From Callorhinchus milii (taxonomy: Eukaryota): 64,000 bases of DNA. The stretch is taken from contig NW_024704743.1 of NCBI RefSeq assembly GCF_018977255.1, positions 91,700,001 to 91,764,000 of the forward strand, in the 5' to 3' direction. The notes under the pieces are model-generated. The model was given only the letters and a program-made list of their open reading frames with translations. It was not told the origin of the DNA and did no database searches. This document shows positions 13,266 through 25,306 of the stretch, piece after piece; the stretch's first letter is position 1, and each line of letters starts with the position of its first letter. Position numbers and translations under genes: made by a program.

Positions 13266-14084
13266 GGCTTCTATCTTCCTTACTTGTCTTACAATTCAGC
13301 TGCAGGAAATTTGCACTATGTCAGCTGGAGGAGAAGAAGTAGATTTGGGTGTCATCCGCATACATGTGGAAGTTGACATGTGGAATTCTGCAGATTTAGA
13401 TTTATCACATCATTGAGATACATCCTTCTGTTTGGGCCTCTCTCATTTTGCGTTGCTCTAAGGCACAGTTAAAAAAAAAGGACAGCAATAAAATACTTTC
13501 TTAACACTAAATAAGGATTTTTATGGCAAGAAAAGGATAAGCAAGAAACAATAATTTTGAAACTATATCTACAAGTGACCATAAAAATGATCCTAACCCT
13601 ATATATTATTTCAGCACCATGATTTTCTGAAATAGTAAGATTACACCTTTTAATGGTATTCCCAGTAATTTCTATGCCCTAAACAATGTTCTTTGATTGA
13701 GCACATTAAATTCTATTTTATGATGAGGTTTGCCTGTTTCCAATTTTCAAATCAACAAAAATTGTTCTTTCAATGTTCTCTAAATCGAAGAAACCTCAGA
13801 GTCAGAAGGTTGCTGAATCAAGATCCACATTGGGATTTTGAACTTACAGACTGGGCAGATACACCAATGTATCCAGTTGGGGTGCACTGCATTGTTGGTA
13901 GTGCTGTTCTTGGATGAGATGTTAATCCAAGGTCCTGTCTGCCTGTTCAGGTGGATGTTAAAGATCTCATAATACTATTCAAAAAGAGAAGGGAGTTTTT
14001 CCTGGTTTAACTTCTGATCTGAAGACAGGGTCTCCAAAAATACAGCAGCCTCTCAGTGTCAGCCTAGAGCACACAAAGCCAAAA

Positions 14085-14395
14085 TTACATTTGTAAAGTG
14101 CCTTTCATGATGGGAGGACATCCCAAGGAGCTGGACAGACAAAATTACGGACCCGAGCTGGGGGTCAGGGTGGGAGAGGGCGGAGGGGGGGGGGAAGCAG
14201 GGAGATCGAAAGCACGGTCAAAGAGGAGGGTCTTGAGATGGGTCTTGAAAGTGGCAAGGGAAGGGGTGAGACGGAGGGACTGCGGGATGGAGTTCCAGAG
14301 AGTGGGGACAGAGTGGCCTCCCGCCAATAGTGGGGCGAGCGAGGCGGGGGAACTTGAAGCTGGCCGGAGCCCGCTGTGCGGAGGGAGCGACCACA
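14085..14395 (-). mobile_element. L2 LINE 3' fragment
   Basis: ORF 14145..14396 has LWNSIPQSL and FKTHLKTLLF; tail near 14090-14140. Confidence 0.9.
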
Positions 14396-14910
14396 AAGAT
14401 TAACCAAGTAACACAAAGGTCAACCAGTGACACAATGCAGCATTTACAATGTATTACTTCATGTGAGCAAAGAAACATTCATTTCCTAACCAACATAACC
14501 AAGTACAGCACTCTCATATCCAAATCACTCTCAACAGTACATTACTACATCCAGTTCTGAAACCTGTGCATTTTGTTTCTGCCGAGGTAATACTCTTTTC
14601 AGCATTTGTTCTGTATCAGTTTCTGTTCAAAGAATGCAGCAAGCTTCAACTAAGGTGAAAGCCATTTGAACGCACAGCAACTGAACACTCATGCTAGTTA
14701 TAAAAAGAGTGCTTTGTGATCCATCAAAAATAAAGGAATGCTTTACGACTACTTAGCAGTAATGTTCTTTCCAGTCATGTATTAGTTTTATCATTAACTT
14801 ATCATATGAAAAAACAGTGAAGTGTAAAACAAGATGAAAACTGCTTTCCATTAGAAACCAAATTAGTTCTCTCCAGATCGCCATTATTTAAATATATATG
14901 TATTGCAAAT

Positions 14911-15047
14911 ATAATAATAATAATCCTTGCATTTGATATAGCGCTTTTCACGTCGGGAGGATGTTCCAAAGTGCTTCACAGAACACACTGTAAAGTGAAT
15001 TGACTGTATATTTGTGGGCAAACGTGGCAGCCAATTGCGCACAGCAA
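14911..15047 (-). mobile_element. Same SINE, 3' portion
   Basis: Reverse complement of body 3' half, stem-loop tail and (TAA)n. Confidence 0.9.
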
Positions 15048-16938
15048 CATGGCAATTTTCAACAATTTAATAAATATATAAGTTATCATACTGCACATTA
15101 ACTATGTTGCTGTATACAAATTGGAAATTTGGGAGACACAGGAAGTGCAGTTCAATCTCTATCACACCAGAATCAGTGGGGAACTAGCTTCAGATTGTAA
15201 TACCCCTGTTATTATCCCTCAAATAAAAGCCAAATTGGTACTGTGCTAAAATTCGATTACATTTTTAATGCAAGACAGAGCAGTATATACTTTCTGATAT
15301 TACAATTGTCACTGGCATGTCATTCAAGTCACCAGTGATCAGTATATTTTGGATACAAAATTAAATATATGTGTAGAGAGCTGCGCTTCTCCCACCTCTC
15401 CTTCTTTGTTATTGTCCCCCACCCACTCCCTCTTGTCCCCCGAACCCACTTCCCCCTTTCCCAACTCCTGCCCACTTCCAACTCAATGCTCACAGCTGAT
15501 ACCATAATTGTACTATTAATTGGACATTATTACCAACAACCATACAACTTTATTACAAGCACTGATGTCCCTATTAATCTGCACATTTATATTAGTTCCG
15601 GCTGACATTTGGGGAAATAATGTGTAGGTGGATGTACATTGGTATGAACGCATTGCAACATTTTCCTCACGGTATTTACACGCTTGCAAATGGATTGATG
15701 AAAAGGGTTCAGTAAACACTTTCATAAAGATTATGCGTCTTTTGTAAAGAGTCCAAGGGCAGCTTTAATCCAACTCCCAAAAGTGTTTAATGTCACTTTT
15801 AATGATACTTTCAATAACCAATTTGAAAGAGATACCAGAGCTACTCAGCCGACTAACACATTCATAGCTCCCTCCCAATCTGCACCTCTCTCTTCCCCAC
15901 AGATCTCATACTAAGAACCTCAACTGTTCCCTATAGGCAGAAAGCATGCACCCATGGTCTCAGGCATTAACTGTTCTATTGACAGATAATGAATTCCAGA
16001 TTCTGCATATGACTTGGGGCCAAAGGTCTAACTAGAGCTTTGCAAATATCTGATTTTACAATCTACTTAGTAATTTCAAGCAAAACTTTCCATTCATGAA
16101 ATTCCTGAGCCAATATCACCGGATTATGTTTAAGGATTCCCGTATATATTTAAATAAATCTTCTCTTTACAATAATGATGCCAAGTTCATACCACAGTGA
16201 ATCAATTCCACTACAGATGAACTTGGCAGCGTTATGTCCTTTGACTACGTTTTCTCCGCACATTTAGAGTTACAGTGACTCCAGAGATAGACTTTGCTAT
16301 CGTGTGGATGAGGCAGTGTATTGTCATTGATATAGTATGGATTAGGCAGTGTATTGTGCTGAAGGTTTCCTGTTCTCTTGCCTTGATAAGCACAAAATTC
16401 ATTTAAACAAAGGCATGAGAATCCCCAAACAGAGCCATTGAATGACCAATAGCTTTCACTATGTAGTCTCATGGGGCCAAACCCACCCATGCTGGCTGCA
16501 ATCTAACACTAAGGAAGAAAATGAGCTGATTCCTAGCAATTCAATAATTATCAAACATGTTGTACAAATTAGTTATCAAATTCTGGATTTTCCATCGATT
16601 ACTAAACACAGCTGAAGATGTTTGTATGTGTGTGTGGTGGAGGGGCATTAAATAGATAGAAAAATGTTGTTTCATAATACGTTTGAAAATTGATTTGTTT
16701 ATGAAATCTTAGGAAACTGTATTTTTCAACCTACACTGTGCAAGACAACCATGTATTTCCTCTGCTGGTTATGAAGTACTGATATGTCCGACTTCTCCGA
16801 TCAATAACAATATACCAGCAAGGTCCACATAATATGCCTGGTCAGGTTCAATGGTCCCACACTGGCTGCTCTACAATCCCAGCCCCCTTCCTCTTTAAAA
16901 CAATCTACTTTTCATACCGAGTTGCTTATTCTTGTACA

Positions 16939-17071
16939 AAACACAAAATACTGCAGATGCTGGAACCTGAAACAAAAACAGGAGTCGCTGGGAACACTCA
17001 GCAGGTCAGGCAGCATCTATGGAGAAAGGAAAGTGAGTCAACGTTTCAGGTCCACGACCCTTCGTCAGAAC
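16939..17071 (-). mobile_element. Penelope-like element terminal repeat fragment
   Basis: AAATACTGCAGATGCTGG…ACTCAGCAGGTCAGGCAGCATCT…AACGTTTCAGGTC…CCTTCGTCAGAAC resembles a common chondrichthyan PLE repeat (recalled). It contains a hammerhead core; an opposite-orientation remnant lies at ~46480-46545. Confidence 0.7.
17037..17071 (-). ncRNA. Minimal type I hammerhead ribozyme core (PLE-associated, probably degenerate)
   Basis: Minus strand reads GUU-CUGACGA-A-GGGUC-GUG-GACCU-GAAACGU-U-GAC. Confidence 0.6.
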
Positions 17072-18249
17072 GCTACATATTCTTGTACTTGATTTTGTGT
17101 TGTTGAGGGTTTGAACTATACTCCAGCACTGCTCTACCAGGTCAACTGCTCTCAAATTTCAATCCGCAACATTTGGGTCCTTGTGCTCAGCATTCACATA
17201 CTACTCGATTTATTTAAAGCGTTACATAATTTGAAACAGTCATTCAACTTGGCAGAAGCAGCATTTCACTTGAAGAAAATGCATCTTACAAACTCTGAAA
17301 CATCAAAATGGAATCTGCCAAGGCTATAATGTAGATCTCACCATATCCTTGTGATGTGATTAGAAGGAATATCTTTCCTGAAAGAAGAATCAAGCTGGTG
17401 CTTGTACACTGACATGTCATATCCAACACCAATGCAGTCCCGAATCCTGCCACTTGCCCACATACCTATGTTTAGATACAGGCCAATAAACACTTCAAGC
17501 CTCCCTGGGCCTCTTGACTCAGGCAGAGCACGGTACTGTATCAATACATGCTTTCAGCTTAGTGTAATTGAGGATTTTCTACAAATTTGTACTGCGTGAA
17601 TGGGATTCAAGTGTTCCTTTCCAAAATGTTTATTTGTTCAAATTTTAATTGGTGAGGCTCATGCTTGCACATTTCATTATGATTTGGCATAATATCCACT
17701 AAATACATATTCCTGAAATAAATCAGACCCAGAGGATACGGGTGGTTATTTTTATCTTTTGCTTTGAGCATTGCTTAGTATGCTGTCTCCATAGTAAAGA
17801 TAAAATGTGATTTCACCCTAAAATTCTAATACCAGTCAGTCGTAGTTTGTTTCCTTTATCACGTCACCTTCCAGTTATGAAAGGAATATAGACCCAGAAT
17901 AAAATTCCATGTCACGGCATTGAAATAGAATCCTCAATCCTTCTATGACCTTTATTAATTTCAAATTTCTATCACATTACATATTTGTTTACTTGATTTC
18001 ATGTTGGTAACATTCAAGGTGAGTCCATAGCACTGGACCACCAGATTGAAAACAGTTAAGGCAACAGTGAATCAGTGCTGTTGGGAAAGTGCCTAAAGGA
18101 CCTGTGAATGAATTCCAACTACAACTGGCCCACGATTGTTCAATCTCACTCATAGTGAGAATGTACCATGAATTAACATTTCAAGCTGCCCCCAACATTA
18201 ATGCTCTCAACACTAAAATAATAATAATCTTTTCCAAAAAATGAAATCC

Positions 18250-18575
18250 TTACAATTGATTTAGCGCCTTTCACCTCTTAAGAACTTCACAAGATATACT
18301 GTAAAGTGTAGTGACCACGTATTTTGTAGGCAAACGTGGCAGTCAATTCGAGCCCAGCAATATCCCGCAAACAGTCATGAACTAAATGACCAATTTTATC
18401 TGGGGTTTTGTTGGTCAGGACACTGGGAGAAACTCCCTATTCTTTTTGAATAGTGCCATGGGACCTTTAATATCCACCTACGCAGACAGAGAGGACCTCA
18501 GTTTAATGTTTCATTTGAAGGATGGCATCTCCGACAATACAGAGCTCCCACAGCACTGTATTAGATTGTCAGCCT
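18250..18575 (-). mobile_element. Older Deu-domain SINE remnant
   Basis: TTTGAATAGTGCCATGGGACCTTTAATATCCACC…CCTCAGTTTAATGTTTCATTTGAAGGATGGCATCTCC. Confidence 0.78.
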
Positions 18576-19613
18576 AGACTCTGAGTGCTAACAATTGAGG
18601 CAGGCTGACGCCCACCTAAAATGCGGTGTTCACAACTGGATTCAAAAAGGATTTGGAAATATTGAACACTGGAGGTCTGGATTGGCAGGAAGGCAGCTTG
18701 TGAGAAGTCTACTCCAATCCGTCTCTTCCTGGGTGTCCTCCAGAGTGGCGTTCCCAATGGGCAATGTGATGCACATCCAGTTACCTGCAACATTCGATAT
18801 TTACAATCCTTATTCAATCCCATTGATGATTTAGACTTCATTACAGGCAGTAGTTTATGTTGTGCACATGTCAATTCCTTTTCTTGCAGCTGTCAGTTTG
18901 AGCACTGCAACACAATAATGTAGAAACACACAATATAATTTTAAAGTTGGCTCCTGTATGTCTCTTCCTTTCTTTGCCCTTTAACAAATACTTGTGCTTT
19001 GTCAATATTTTTTTGTCAATTGACCTGCAGTCTTGCACATGCCTTGCAATAAAGATGCTCTGTTCTTCCAGTTAGCAGACAGTTCAAACAGTGAAACTGC
19101 ATCACAGTTTTCTCTGAAATTTACAGATGGTTTAATGACCACACTTTTTTTTATGCTGCAATAGCAAAATATATGTTTAACCATTCTCTTTGGTTCAACA
19201 AGAGTACTGAGCAGCCACCATTTCAACCGTTATGAAATCTCAATGAGCCACGGATACACCCGACAAAATTCCCTTTGGAAGTTATCTCACAGATGCCACC
19301 AAACAAACAACTTGCAAGCAAGGAAAATTATTTTTGGATCAATTGAGAACTACGGGATAAATTGGAGTTCTCTGTGTCAGCACTGCTGCCTATAATCATA
19401 CACTGCAGAAACACTAGCAGAATTCACAGTGCTTTCCATTATATAGCACTCCTATGAATCCAACTGCAGGAAAAATATGAGAACATTAACAACTTACACT
19501 TATATAGCGCTCTCAATGCAGGGTAGAGATTTTATTATTATTTTTATTTATTTTTTATTTATTACTATTTATTTTTTATTTATTATTGTCTCTTATTAAA
19601 AATTATTAAAAAA

Positions 19614-19833
19614 GCCTGATAATAATCCCTAAAAAAAATAATAAATTAATCATTTCAATCCACGACTGTTTGTGGGACACTGCTATGCACAATTGGCTGC
19701 AACATTTTGCCCACAAATACGCAGTCAATTCACTTTACATTTATTATTATTTTTTATTTATTTATTATTGCTTTGAAATGTCTAGAAGACATGAAAGGCG
19801 CTATATCAAATGCAAAGGTTATTATTATTATTA
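19614..19833 (+). mobile_element. Same SINE, 5'-truncated, with an internal (TTA)-rich expansion
   Basis: AATAATCCC…CGACTGTTTGTGGGACAC…CAGTCAATTCACTTTAC…, then tail. Confidence 0.88.
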
Positions 19834-19834
19834 G

Positions 19835-20270
19835 AGTCTCAGAGCGCTTAACAGTGGTGGAGCCTGACTCCGAGCTGGGGGGTGGGAGGTGGCCTTAAAC
19901 ACAGTGGAAAAGGGAGGTTTTCAGGCGGGACTTGAAAAAGGGGAGAGAGGGGCAAGGCAAAGGGATTGAGGGAGCATGTTCCAAAGTTTTGGGGTGTAGT
20001 GGCTGAAAGAATGACCTACGATGATGTGGCATAGGGTGCGAGGGACGAACAGGAGGCCGGTGGCAGTCAAGCGGAGGCGCCTGGTGGTGGATTGGAGAGT
20101 GAGGAGATCGGAGAGGTAGGGAGGTGAAAGAGAGTGAAGGGATTTGAACACGAGTGTGAGGATCCTGAAGTCGATCCACTCGGTGATGGGGAGCCAGTGG
20201 ATCCTGGCCAGAACTGGTCAGATGTGGGTACGGAGTTTGGTTCGGGTCAATATGTGGGTGGCAGAGTTCT
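19835..20270 (-). mobile_element. L2 LINE 3' fragment
   Basis: FKSLHSLSPPYLSDLL, KLWNMLPQSL and FKSRLKTSLF. A further L2 RT piece (GVNFHMFANT) lies at ~20430-20570. Confidence 0.88.
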
Positions 20271-20271
20271 G

Positions 20272-20413
20272 AATAATAAAAATAATAATCCTTGCATTTG
20301 ATATAGTGCTTTTCACGTCTTCTAGACGTTTCAAAGCGCTTCACAGAATATGTTGTAAAGTGAATTGAACCCAGGTGTCTCGCGAGTGCTCTAACCACTG
20401 AGCTACAGGACAC
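20272..20413 (-). mobile_element. Internally deleted mini-copy of the SINE (head fused to tail)
   Basis: Reverse complement: GTCCTGTAGCTCAGTGGTTAGAGCACTCGCGAGACACCTGGGTTCAATTCACTTTAC…, then tail. Confidence 0.88.
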
Positions 20414-21169
20414 CAATGAGCTGGATCATTTGAATAGTAGAGTTGGTACTGGAGAAAGTAAAGTAGATTTGTGTGTATTCGCAAACATGTGGAAGTTTAC
20501 CCCGTGTCCGCGGATGACATTGCCCAGAGGGAGCATATAAATAAGGAAAGAAGAGGGCATTAAACACCAAACCCAAGAGTTTAGGAAAGACTTAGCAGGC
20601 TTGTGGTCACCATTTATCAGACCTAAAATTAGTGATCGATTTAGTTTTATTTTGGGTTCAGTGACCACAAAACATTCTCAAGATCAACTAATAAAAGTAG
20701 TGAGGGAATTATGTTAGAAACTGAAAAGAAGCTCTGGTAAATCCTATTTAAAATTGAAATCGGTTGAAAATATTTCTAATCTATGGAATAATAATAATGT
20801 AAAAGTTAAGGAAACATCAATGATTTGCTGAAGGTTACTTGTTTTCAAGAGTATATCCAGTCAATAATTATGTGATGAAATTTTCAGCCCAGAATAATGA
20901 GTTATGAAAGTCAAATGAGGGAACAGCAGGGGAATGGGGAGAGAGAAGAAAGGTGGAGGGGTGAAATTTCTTTTGATGACTAAAATAGCAACTTTGATGA
21001 TGTTAATTACCACAGAACAAGAAAGTGGTGTGTTTTATCCTACCCCCTTTCATCGAGACATACCATTTTGTATGTTAGCAAAACATAACCATAATATAAT
21101 CATAAAAATACACTGAAAATGTTGAAAAAGGAAATTAATCAGTTAAATAAAACTACACAATACAAAATT

Positions 21170-21460
21170 ACATTTGTATCGAGCCTTTCACGTTGGGAGA
21201 ATGGTCCCAAGGCACTGGACAGTCAGGGATTGGACCTGAACGGAGGTGCAGGATGTTGGGATCAGGGAAGGTGGAGGGCAGGGAGTGTAGGAGGGTGGCC
21301 GAAGGTACGGTTGAAGAGGAGGGTCTTGAGGCGTGCCCTGAAGGAGGCAAGGGAGGGAGTGAAGTGGGATGGAGTTCCTAAGGGTGGGGGTAAAGCGGTT
21401 GAAGGACCAACAGCTGATGGTGGGGTGGTCCGGGTGCGTTACGTGGAGCAGGCCATAGCG
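21170..21460 (-). mobile_element. L2 LINE 3' end (left half of the L2 interrupted by the CR1)
   Basis: Reverse complement matches the L2 C-terminus, C-rich 3' UTR and tail seen at 38150-38400 and 58500-58820; it continues at 24472. Confidence 0.85.
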
Positions 21461-24400
21461 TCACAATTAAAATTAAAATTAGGACCGATGAAAGTGGGAA
21501 AGCAGATTAACCAGGGAGATGAGCAAAGTGTGTCAAGCGGGGAAAGGAAGCCCAGGGATAGGGTACTGGTAAATAGGACTAATAGCCCGAAGTCAGAATT
21601 AAAGGTGCTATATTTGAAAGGGCGAAGCATTCGAAACAAGATAGATGAGTGAAATGCACAAATAGAAACAAGCGGGTATGATCTGGTAGCCATCACCGAG
21701 ACATGGTTATAGGGAGATCAAGGGTGGGAGCTAAATATTCCCGGATATGTGGCGTATAGAAAAGATAGGCAATGTGGTAAACGAGGAGTGGGGGTGGCCC
21801 TGCTAATAAAGGATGGGATAAAAACAGTAGAAAGATTTTAAATCAGAAAAGCAGGAAGTAGAGTCTGTATGCGTAGAGATACGTAACAACAAGGGGCAGA
21901 AAACTCTAGTGGGAGTAGTTTATAGACACCCGAACAGCAGTCACAGTATCTCTCAAGGTATAAATCGGGAAATTAGCAGAGCATGTAGTAAAGGAAAAAC
22001 ATTAATTGTGGGTGATTTTAATCTGCACATAGATTGGGACAACCAAATTGGGAAAAGTATGATAGAGGAAGAGTTTATAGAATGTATTAGGGATAATTAT
22101 CTAGATCAGTATGCCGAGGAGCCAACCAGGGAACAGGCCATATTAGACCTTGTTTTGTGCAATGAAGCAGGGCTGATCAGCAAACTGGAAATTAAGGCTC
22201 CTCTAGGGCAAAGTGATCATAATATGATGGAATTTAGCATTAAGTTAGAGAGAGAAGTAGTTAAGTCCGAAGCAAAGGTTTTAAATTTAAGTAGAGCCAA
22301 TTTTGCTGGTATGAGAGAGGATTTAGCCAAAATAAACTGGGAAATTAGACTTAAGGATTTGACAGTAGACCAGCAATGGCAGACGTTTAAGGAGATAGTG
22401 CAAAATTCCCAGCGAGCACGTATTCCTTTGAGGAATAAGAATGCCACGGGAAAGGTGGCCCAACCGTGGCTAACTAGAGCAGTTAGAGAAAGTATAAAGC
22501 TAAAGGAAGAAGCCTATAAAACAGCTAAGATGAGTAGTAAACCTGAGGATTGGGAGAACTTTAGGGATCAACAAAGGAGAACCAAAAAAGTGATTAAGAG
22601 GGAGAAAATGGAATATGAGGGCAAACTAGCGAAGAACATAAAGACAGACTGCAAGAGTTTTTATAAATATATAAAGAGGAAGAGGCTGTCAAAGGTAAAT
22701 GTGGGTCCGATACAGGCAGAGACGGGAGGAATTATAGTAGGGGACAAAGACATGGCAGAGTCATTAAACAAGTACTTTGCTACTGTCTTCACCTTAGAAG
22801 ACACTGAAAACCTACCAAGAATAGAGGGGAACCAAGAAGACAATGTTAGCGAGCAACTTGGGGAATTAATATTAATAAAGAAATGGTTTTAGGTAAATTG
22901 TCAGGTCTTAAAACTGATAAATCTCCTGGACCTGATGGCCTACATCCTAGGGTTTTAAAAGAGGTGGCTACTGAGATAGTGGATGGCTTGTCTTTGATCT
23001 TCCAAAATTCTCTGGATTCTGGAACGGTTCCCATTGATTGGAAGATTGCAAACGTAACACCACTATTTAAGAAGGGTGGGAGAGAAAAGATGGGGAACTA
23101 TAGACCAGTTAGTCTGACATCAGTGGTAGGAAAAATTATTGAGTTCTTAATTAAAGATGTCGTTATGGGATTCCTGGAAGACCATAACAAGATTAGGCAG
23201 AGTCAACATGGCTTTACAAAAGGGAAGTCATGCTTAACCAATCTTTTAGAGTTTTTTGAAGATGTATCTAGCAGGTTAGATAGGGGGCAACCAGTAGATG
23301 TAGTATATTTAGATTTTAAAAAGACATTTGACAAAGTGCCATAAAAAAGGCTATTGCACAAGTTAAGGCCCATGGGATTAATGGGAACATATTAGCATGG
23401 ATTGAAGAGTGGCTAACGGGTAGAAAACAGAGAGTAGGGATAAACGGGTCATTCTCGAATTGGCAGGATGTGACTAGTGGAGTGCCACAAGGATCAGTGC
23501 TTGGGCCTCAGCTATTTACAATTTACATCAATGATCTAGACGAGGACATTGAATGTAACGTATCTAAATTCGCGGATGACACTAAACTAGGTGGGAGAGT
23601 AAGCTCTGAGGATGATGCAAAAAGATTGCAACGGGATATAGATAGGCTAGGGGAGTGGGCGAGTAGGTGGCAGATGGAATTTAATGTGGGGAAGTGTGAA
23701 GTTATTCACCTAGGTAGAAAAAATAGAAAAACAGATTATTTTCTAGAGGGGGAGAGATTAGATAGTGTTAGTGTTCAGAGGGATTTGGGTGTCCTTGTAC
23801 ACCAGTCTCAAAAAGTTAGTTTGCAGGTGCAGCAAGCAACTAAGAAGGCGAAATGGTATGTTAGCGTTCATTGCAAAAGGTTTAGAGTACAAGAGTAGGG
23901 AAGTCTTGCTGCATCTGTATAGGGCCTTGGTGAGACCGCACCTAGAGTATTGTGTGCAGTTTTGGTCTCCTTATTTAAAAAAGGACCCCTAAGAGGGGTT
24001 GCACCGTAGATTCACTCGGTTAGTTCCTGGGATGAGGGGACTGACCTATGAGGATAGGCTGAATAAACTAGGGCTATATTCTCTAGAGTACAGAAGAATT
24101 AGGGGAGATCTTATTGAAACATATAAGATTCTTAAAGGGCTGGATAAAGTAGACACTGAGGGACTGTTCCCCTGGTAGGAGAATCTATAACCAGGGGTCA
24201 CAGTCTTAAAATTAAGGGTCAGCCTTTTAGAACAGAGTTGAGGAAACATTTCTTTACTCAGAGGGTAGTGAATTTATGGAATTCACTACCCCAGAAGGCT
24301 GTAGAACATCTTCAAGGCTGAGACTGATAGCTTTTTAAAAAATAGAGGGATTAGGGGATATGGGGATAGGGCAGGTTATTAGAGTTAGGTCTGAAGATCA

Positions 24401-24471
24401 GCCATGATCTTATCGAATGGCGGGGCAGGCTTGAGGGGCCGAATGCCTCTTCATTCTTATGTTCTTATGTT
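21461..24471 (+). mobile_element. CR1 LINE with near-complete but disrupted ORF2 (APE endonuclease + reverse transcriptase) and 3' UTR, nested in an L2
   Basis: Endonuclease motifs: YLKGRSIRNK, AITETWL, VGDFN, LDLVLCN, SDH. RT motifs: [63 protein letters not shown]-terminal LVRPHLEYCVQFWSP. Ends in (TTCTTATG)n. Stops at ~21650 and ~23342 plus frameshifts split ORF2. Confidence 0.97.
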
Positions 24472-25306
24472 AGAGCGGACAGGTTGATATGGGTTAGCAG
24501 ATCACAGAGCTAGGGAAGAGCAAGGCAGTGGAAGGCCTTGAAGGCAAGGATGAGGATCTTGAACTCTATCCTCTGGGGAATGGAGAGCCAGTGGAGCCAG
24601 GCGAGGGTGGGGATGATGGGGTTATGGAGCCTGGTGCGGGAGAGAACACGAGCTGCAGAGTTCTGGATGATCGCAGCTTATGGAGGGAAGAGCTAGGAAG
24701 GCTGACAAGCAGGAAGTTGGCATAGTCGAACCGAGATGTGATGAATGCGTTAATCAGGGTTTTGGCATCCTGAGGGGAGAGGCAGTGGTGGATTCTGCGG
24801 AGTTCGGGGAAGACAGAGTGGGTCGTGGCATGAATGTGGGGTGGTAGAAAGGACAGTTGAGGGTCAAACAAGACGTCAAGGTTCCGGACTGGCTTAGCAA
24901 GATGGAGTGTGCAACCATGGATGGTGATGCTGTCAGCGCCTGAGGTGTGGAGGCGCTGGCAGGAGCCAATAAGGAAGACCTCGGTCTTGTTGATGTTCAA
25001 CTGTAGAAAGTTAGCTCTCATCCAGGACTTGATGTCTGACAGACATTCTGTCAGGACAGCAGTGGTCCTAGATCTGGGGGTAGAGGCAGAGAGATAGAGT
25101 TGGGTGTCGTCCGCATACATATGGAAGTTGACCCCATGTCTGCGGATGATGTCACCAAGAGGGAACATGTACAAATTGAAGAGGAAAGAACCAAGTACAG
25201 AGCCCTGAGGAACGCTGCACGAGACGGTGCGGGGCCTGGAAGAGAAGCTATTTGTGGAGATGAAGTGGAAGGGATGTGAGATGTAGGATCTGAACCTATC
25301 TCTCAC
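24472..25306 (-). mobile_element. L2 LINE RT fragment (right half of the interrupted L2), 5'-truncated
   Basis: ORF 24566..25306 has [31 protein letters not shown] and AFITSRFDYAN, which are L2-clade RT motifs. Confidence 0.95.

Noticed and set aside
17338..17470. Exon-like segment ending in a minus-strand GTGAG donor
   Set aside because: It overlaps a remnant of the old SINE-like family, and the translation is unrecognisable.
18610..18790. Possible minus-strand exon (TTGCAG…TTTTAG|GTGGGC)
   Set aside because: The polypyrimidine tract is weak, no frame gives a recognisable protein and there are no partner exons.
21461..24471. Active or domesticated retroelement gene
   Set aside because: Multiple stops and frameshifts and no ORF1; an ordinary dead CR1 copy.
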